Both the position numbers and the translations under genes were made by a program. Below, one piece after another: positions 59,413 through 64,000 of a DNA stretch of 64,000 bases. The stretch's first letter is position 1; every line of letters begins with the position of its first letter. The notes under the pieces were generated by a model. It did not search any database. It had not been told where the DNA came from and saw nothing but the letters and a program-made list of their open reading frames with translations. The stretch comes from Bacteroidota bacterium (lineage in GTDB: Bacteria > Bacteroidota > Rhodothermia > Rhodothermales > Rubricoccaceae), in contig JADFQN010000001.1 in NCBI GenBank assembly GCA_022561755.1, positions 747-64,746 on the forward strand, read 5' to 3'.

Positions 59413-59596
59413 GGAGGCTGTTGAAATACGTTTTCCCGGCAACGAGCGCGGGGCGGGATGTCGCCGAGACGAGCGCATCTCGGTTGAGGTCAAGGCGCGA
59501 AATCGCAGGCGAATCGGTGATTCGTTGAGTATTTCGGAACGCAGAGATCGGGCAGGAGGCGCCGCCGCAGGTAGGTGGAGTTTTTCGACAGCCTCT
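59413..59596. repeat. TIR-bounded hairpin element, copy E6 (184 bp)
   Basis: TA|GGAGGCTGTTGAAATAC...GTTTTTCGACAGCCTCT|TA. The right-flank TA is part of the TAA stop of the upstream 1240-aa gene. It is homologous to E3 along its whole length, with a 20-nt indel. Confidence 0.8.
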
Positions 59597-62500
59597 TAAA
59601 AGAAGAAGCCGAGGCCAAAGTTAAACTGAAGGCCGTCGTCGCCCTGGGCGAGGGTGGCCGACATCACAAACAGATCCAGCGCGCTGAACCAGAGCCCGCC
59701 GCCATAGCCTTGGTGCCAGGTGGCGGAACTTTCCCCGTCGGCCCAAACGCGGCCGTTGTCCAGGAACCCCAGCACGCCGATGCCAAGCGGGAGAACCTGC
59801 GAAATCGACTCAACGACGCGTGCGCGTGCCTCTACGTTCTGGAAAGCGACCGTGCGGCCGCTGTAGCGTTGGCGGCGCAGGCCGCGGAGGTTGTTTGTGC
59901 CACCCAGCGACTGGGCCTCGTAGAACGGGAACGTGCCGATGTTGTGGCCCACGCCGGCACGCGCAGCAAAGGTCACTTGTGGATGGAAGCTGGGGGAGAA
60001 GTAGGCCGTAAGGTCGCTGCCGAGGGCCAGGAATGTCGAAGCCGGTTCGTTCAAGCCGCCGAATACATCCGACCGCCCTGTCCACCGGAATCCCTGGCGG
60101 GGGTTCACCGGGTTGTCCACGGCGTTTAGCGTGAGCGAGGCAAAGCCGTTTACGAAGTATGCACCCCCGAAGGCATCAGGCGAAAGGCCTGCCGCTGGGG
60201 TGCCCACAAAGCGCGTAGAGTCGTCCTCCACCATGCGGTACACGCCGCCGCCGCCAAGGCGAAGTTCAAGCGATTGCTCAACGCGGCGGATCACCGACGC
60301 CTCCGCCATAAGTTCCGCAAGGCCTACATGGTAGAAAGAGCGCGTGGTGCTGGTGGAGAGTGTCTCGTTGCCGAAGCCGTAAAAGTTGTTGACGAAGCTC
60401 GCCGTGGAGCCTCCCAGCCCGATTGTGGCGTCCCACTCGTCGCCGAAGGCATCGTGATAGCGACTCTCGACGCGCCCTTGAAAACCGCCGGTCCCCGTAG
60501 AAAATGCAGCCGACATGAAGTGGGTGTAGGCCCACGGAATTCGCCGGAAACCAGGGCGGTGTGTGGTAAAGCTGGCCCCGATGATGAAGCCGTCCGTACT
60601 GCTGTATCCAGGTATGATGACCGGTATGTTTCGGGGATGGCGGTGCTCATCCGGAGAGTAACGGTTGTTGGCCGGGTCATCGGAAAGGGTGAGATCGGTG
60701 CGCCCGGCCTGGCTCACGTCGTTGCCGTTCACGGTGTCGTAATAGTTCGTATTGCCGCGCCCGTTGTTCTCGACGCGGTCCTCGCCGCTTCCTCCAATCA
60801 TGCGCACTCTAATGGCCGAGTTATCAGCACCGCTGATGACGAACTGGTCTCGTCCGCCAAGACCATAAAGCCGGACTTCTTTGGTTTCATTCGGATAGAA
60901 ACGACGCCTGAAGAGTTCCCGCCGCACGATGCCCTCGCGGCTCGTTTTCAGGATAACGACCTCTAGGGAACCATCTTCAAAGCCTGTTACTTCGAACCTC
61001 TCGTGTTTGTCGGAGCCTGCAACGTCCACGGCACGAGAGTTAAGCCGATACACTCTGGCGGCCATTTCCGGGAGTCGATCACGGCGGGATATCAGAATTT
61101 CGGCAATCTCCACCCCGAACAGCGCGTAGATCTCGGGCGGCCACACGGAGAAGGCCTCGTAGATATCCTGATCGGTCAGGCTGTCGCGCAAGTCCTCGGC
61201 AATGGCGATCCAGTCGCCGCGTGTCAACTCGGTAGTAAAGCGCCGGTCGAGCCCGATGCCTCTCGTGGTAAGGCCCGCCAGATTGCCGTACTTCCTGCGG
61301 AATGGTTGGCGTGTGGGTTCAACCTGGCGAATGATAAAGGGTAGGATGCCGCCAAACCGGTAGAACGCAAAGTCGCGGTCGCGGGGGATGGGCCGGTAGA
61401 TCTTGCCTTCTGTGCGCGCGTCGCCTTCAAGCGAAGGGTCGAGCTCGAAGGGCTCGAACGTTGCCCAGCGCCACTGATCGGCGTGGCGATCCCAGTCTCC
61501 GATAAGCATATCAAACAGGCGAGAACGCAGGAAGAATCGCTGATCGACGCGGTGGTCGTTGTCGCCTTCCACTTTACGGAACATCTTCGCCGATGAAATC
61601 ACGTTCTCCGAATACCCCATGCTAACGTTGTCGGACATGTCGTCGTTGGGGCGTTCCTCGAAGAGCGCCAGGCTGTTGCCGAACTCCTCTCGGTACACGC
61701 CAAGACGGGGATCGTCGGGAATGAGCACCAGTTGAGGGTTCGTGTGGTAAATGCCGGCGTCATCGGCCAACTCGGCAACCGCGAGTGCTGCCCACGGTAT
61801 GGTCGCTGACGCCAGATCGTCGAGAACGTTGGCGACGACGCTCCCCTGAAGAGGGCCGGGAAGAAGGCGTCCTGTCACCTTGTTCAGGAGCCGGAGCACG
61901 TACTGGTGCCCGTCTCCAGCCTGCATCCGCAGTGACAGCGTTTGAAAGCCGCCACCTTTTCGGATGGGGGTGAGCCCGCCGTGAACGCCGAGGTCGAGAA
62001 CCGGGAACTCTACCGGCGTAGCCCACGCCGTGCGATATCCACTTCCCAGCAGGACACGTCGCCCAGGCCCCGCTCCGTACTCCTGGCTCACAGCCCGAAC
62101 AACGGTCGAATCCGCATAAGACGGAAGCGAGGAAGGATCGATGTCGGGCACGTCCGGCTCGATGCGGTCGAGCGCTCGGTCGAACAGCCGACTGTGATAG
62201 ATGATGGTTGACTCGCCGGTCGCGCGATCCACGGAAAAGGTGTCGAGCCACACCGATCCGTCCTTCATGTATCGGATTCGCATAAAACCGCGATCGGAGG
62301 AGGCCAGGCCTGCACCACGGCCGGAGGCCACCGGTTCACTCCGCGCCGCCGAACCACTAATTAAGTAGTGCTGTGTCAACCTTACGGAGGTGTTGAGGGG
62401 GAAAGCTTGCAGGCTGCGTTCGTGCGAGGAGGCGTAGATCAAACGATCCCGAAAGAGGAATAGATCGTGGAGCGCCGTTCGGTGTGCTCGGTACCGTGGG

Positions 62501-63318
62501 TGGGCCAAATCTTGCCGCGTGCCCGCAAACTGGCGGTAGAGCGGATACGCCGATCCTACAACCGGCAGCGGAAGCATGTGGCGGCCCAAGCTGAACTGGC
62601 CGCCGTGGGGCCCATTGCTGCGGAGCGGGTGGTGGCCGACTACGAGGACGTTCTCGTCGTCGTACTCCTTGAGAACGTCCTCTACCGCAAAGATGATGTC
62701 GCCGGGATTGGTGATTTCGTAGTCGCCTTCGTCGTCCTCAACGTCGCCCGCGTCGCCGATGGGCTTGGGTTCGTCCTCCAGCCACCACGCCGTATCCAGG
62801 CCCACAAGCACGATGTTCTCGTTCAGTTCCAGTACCACGGGGCCGGAGCGCGCATCGCCGGGGATGAACACGTCGTCGCGGCCGAGTAGGCGCTCCAACT
62901 CTTCCTCTTGCCGCCGCACGGACTCGGGGCCGTCCCAGTCGTGATCGCCCGGCACCACAAATACACGCCCGTCAAACGAACTGACGCTCTCGGCAATCAT
63001 TGCCAGCCGCCGATTCGCTCCGGCGCGGCTTACTGCAGCAGAATCCGGCATGCCCGCATCCAACTGATCCCCGAGGAACACGACGGCGCTTTCCTCCGAG
63101 GCATTCCGAAGCTCCCGCGCCAGCGCCAGCAGTACCGGGGCCGCATCATCCACCTCGCCGAATCCTGTGTTCCCAAGGAGGAATACCTCGTACTCCACAT
63201 CGTCGGCTGAAACCGCGATGTCCGGCGTGTGCCGCCCCGGTGCTACGTAGGTCCGCATGGCAGCGCATCCCGAAAGCGCGAGAACGGAAACCAGAAGAAG
63301 GGCACGCGGGCCTGTCAT
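59596..63318 (-). CDS. Metallophosphoesterase-domain protein fused to a C-terminal Omp85/surface-antigen (D15)-like beta-barrel
   Basis: 1240 aa with lipoprotein-like signal LLVSVLALSGCA. Calcineurin-like motifs are VVFLGDQLD, VVPGDHDW and VVGHHP. The C-terminal ~350 aa have alternating beta-strand character and end in the aromatic FNFGLGFFF. Confidence 0.85.
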   Translation of the reverse strand: MTGPRALLLVSVLALSGCAAMRTYVAPGRHTPDIAVSADDVEYEVFLLGNTGFGEVDDAAPVLLALARELRNASEESAVVFLGDQLDAGMPDSAAVSRAGANRRLAMIAESVSSFDGRVFVVPGDHDWDGPESVRRQEEELERLLGRDDVFIPGDARSGPVVLELNENIVLVGLDTAWWLEDEPKPIGDAGDVEDDEGDYEITNPGDIIFAVEDVLKEYDDENVLVVGHHPLRSNGPHGGQFSLGRHMLPLPVVGSAYPLYRQFAGTRQDLAHPRYRAHRTALHDLFLFRDRLIYASSHERSLQAFPLNTSVRLTQHYLISGSAARSEPVASGRGAGLASSDRGFMRIRYMKDGSVWLDTFSVDRATGESTIIYHSRLFDRALDRIEPDVPDIDPSSLPSYADSTVVRAVSQEYGAGPGRRVLLGSGYRTAWATPVEFPVLDLGVHGGLTPIRKGGGFQTLSLRMQAGDGHQYVLRLLNKVTGRLLPGPLQGSVVANVLDDLASATIPWAALAVAELADDAGIYHTNPQLVLIPDDPRLGVYREEFGNSLALFEERPNDDMSDNVSMGYSENVISSAKMFRKVEGDNDHRVDQRFFLRSRLFDMLIGDWDRHADQWRWATFEPFELDPSLEGDARTEGKIYRPIPRDRDFAFYRFGGILPFIIRQVEPTRQPFRRKYGNLAGLTTRGIGLDRRFTTELTRGDWIAIAEDLRDSLTDQDIYEAFSVWPPEIYALFGVEIAEILISRRDRLPEMAARVYRLNSRAVDVAGSDKHERFEVTGFEDGSLEVVILKTSREGIVRRELFRRRFYPNETKEVRLYGLGGRDQFVISGADNSAIRVRMIGGSGEDRVENNGRGNTNYYDTVNGNDVSQAGRTDLTLSDDPANNRYSPDEHRHPRNIPVIIPGYSSTDGFIIGASFTTHRPGFRRIPWAYTHFMSAAFSTGTGGFQGRVESRYHDAFGDEWDATIGLGGSTASFVNNFYGFGNETLSTSTTRSFYHVGLAELMAEASVIRRVEQSLELRLGGGGVYRMVEDDSTRFVGTPAAGLSPDAFGGAYFVNGFASLTLNAVDNPVNPRQGFRWTGRSDVFGGLNEPASTFLALGSDLTAYFSPSFHPQVTFAARAGVGHNIGTFPFYEAQSLGGTNNLRGLRRQRYSGRTVAFQNVEARARVVESISQVLPLGIGVLGFLDNGRVWADGESSATWHQGYGGGLWFSALDLFVMSATLAQGDDGLQFNFGLGFFF

Positions 63319-63329
63319 TGGGTGGCGGA

Positions 63330-64000
63330 TTACTCGTCGAGGCGCTCGTCGAAGCGGAGGAGCGTGGCTGGGCCGTTCACTCCTTCGTTGGCTATGAAGA
63401 GTGTGCCGTCCGGGAAGAAAGCTAGGCCCTCGGGCTGCGGGAAAAGATGTTCGGGGAGGGTGTGCGCTTCGAGAATGTGGCCCGAATCGGCCGGGTCGAG
63501 AAGCACGAGCACCTTGCGCACCGACGAAAGAACGTAGAGGTAGCCGCTCGAAGGATGAATGGCCAGCGCGGAGGGCTTGAAGGGCTGCCCTGGGGCGTCG
63601 AGCCCGGCACGGTCAATAAGATAGACAGCGGCTTCGATTCGGCGCTCAGTTGCGAGGTCGAAGGCGTAAATCGCCCGGCGCCCTCGCAGACCGCGCCCGG
63701 GATGCTCCTTGCACACGATGAGCAGCCGGTTTGCAGGTGCGTCGAACGCGAGGCCTTCCGCGTCGCAGTTTGCATGGAGGTCCATGTCGTGCCGTGTTGC
63801 ATCCATATTGTGAGAAACAGCTGTGCTCGTTGAATAGAGGGTGCCGTCGCTTCGGAGCATCCAGGCAAGGCCGTCCACCACTTCAATCCCCTCATAGTCG
63901 CCGCTGCCTTTGAAACGTCCTTGGGCGGTGATCAGAGCCGTTTCTCTGTCGAGGATGTAGATGATGCCCTCCTCGTCCTGCACGGCAGCCAGATGCGTCG
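63330..64000 (-). CDS. SdiA-regulated / YjiK-like beta-propeller protein; 5' end probably beyond the window
   Basis: The ORF is open to the window edge. Segments DYEGIEVVDG, AEGLAFD and PQPEGLAFFPDGTLFIANEG are typical of the SdiA-regulated family. Confidence 0.7.
   Translation of the reverse strand, partial: THLAAVQDEEGIIYILDRETALITAQGRFKGSGDYEGIEVVDGLAWMLRSDGTLYSTSTAVSHNMDATRHDMDLHANCDAEGLAFDAPANRLLIVCKEHPGRGLRGRRAIYAFDLATERRIEAAVYLIDRAGLDAPGQPFKPSALAIHPSSGYLYVLSSVRKVLVLLDPADSGHILEAHTLPEHLFPQPEGLAFFPDGTLFIANEGVNGPATLLRFDERLDE

Overview
High-GC bacterial chromosome segment (a hand-counted clpB sample is 64% G+C). The gene content points to a Bacteroidota/Rhodothermota-type organism: a T9SS C-terminal sorting domain, a GH92/GH2 glycan cluster, an ECF sigma paired with a TPR Ser/Thr kinase, DUF5706, and an SdiA-regulated propeller. 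I support about 45 protein genes. They comprise housekeeping genes (smc, clpB, purL, folC, trxA/trxB, pdxH, acyl-CoA carboxyltransferase), envelope proteins, three sensor kinases and an N-glycan-core catabolic operon. I recognised no rRNA, tRNA, CRISPR array, transposase or integrase. All family calls come from motif recognition by eye; no database search was run. Four things deserve a second look. (1) A low-GC islet at 22.8-24.4 kb between clpB and a resident gene carries one orphan 477-aa protein with a C-terminal PD-(D/E)xK-like nuclease core. It is a candidate single-gene defence or type-IV-restriction-like module of a family I cannot name. (2) A family of intergenic hairpin elements is bounded by the inverted repeat GGAGGCTGTTGAAA / TTTCAACAGCCTCC. 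They often have TA flanks that coincide with stop codons of neighbouring genes. There are at least 6 copies with different internal modules, including two copies 20.8 kb apart that match at 107/109 nt. (3) Disrupted genes are unusually dense. A sulfur-detox locus has in-frame TAA and TGA stops and a deletion junction. OmpA, the Ser/Thr kinase and the GH2 mannosidase are frameshifted. A ferredoxin-like gene has a frameshift plus a TAG stop, and two VOC gene remnants flank a cytochrome c peroxidase gene. (4) A stand-alone Pycsar-effector-like (DUF5706) membrane protein is paired with a SixA-type phosphatase, with no cyclase or HD domain nearby.
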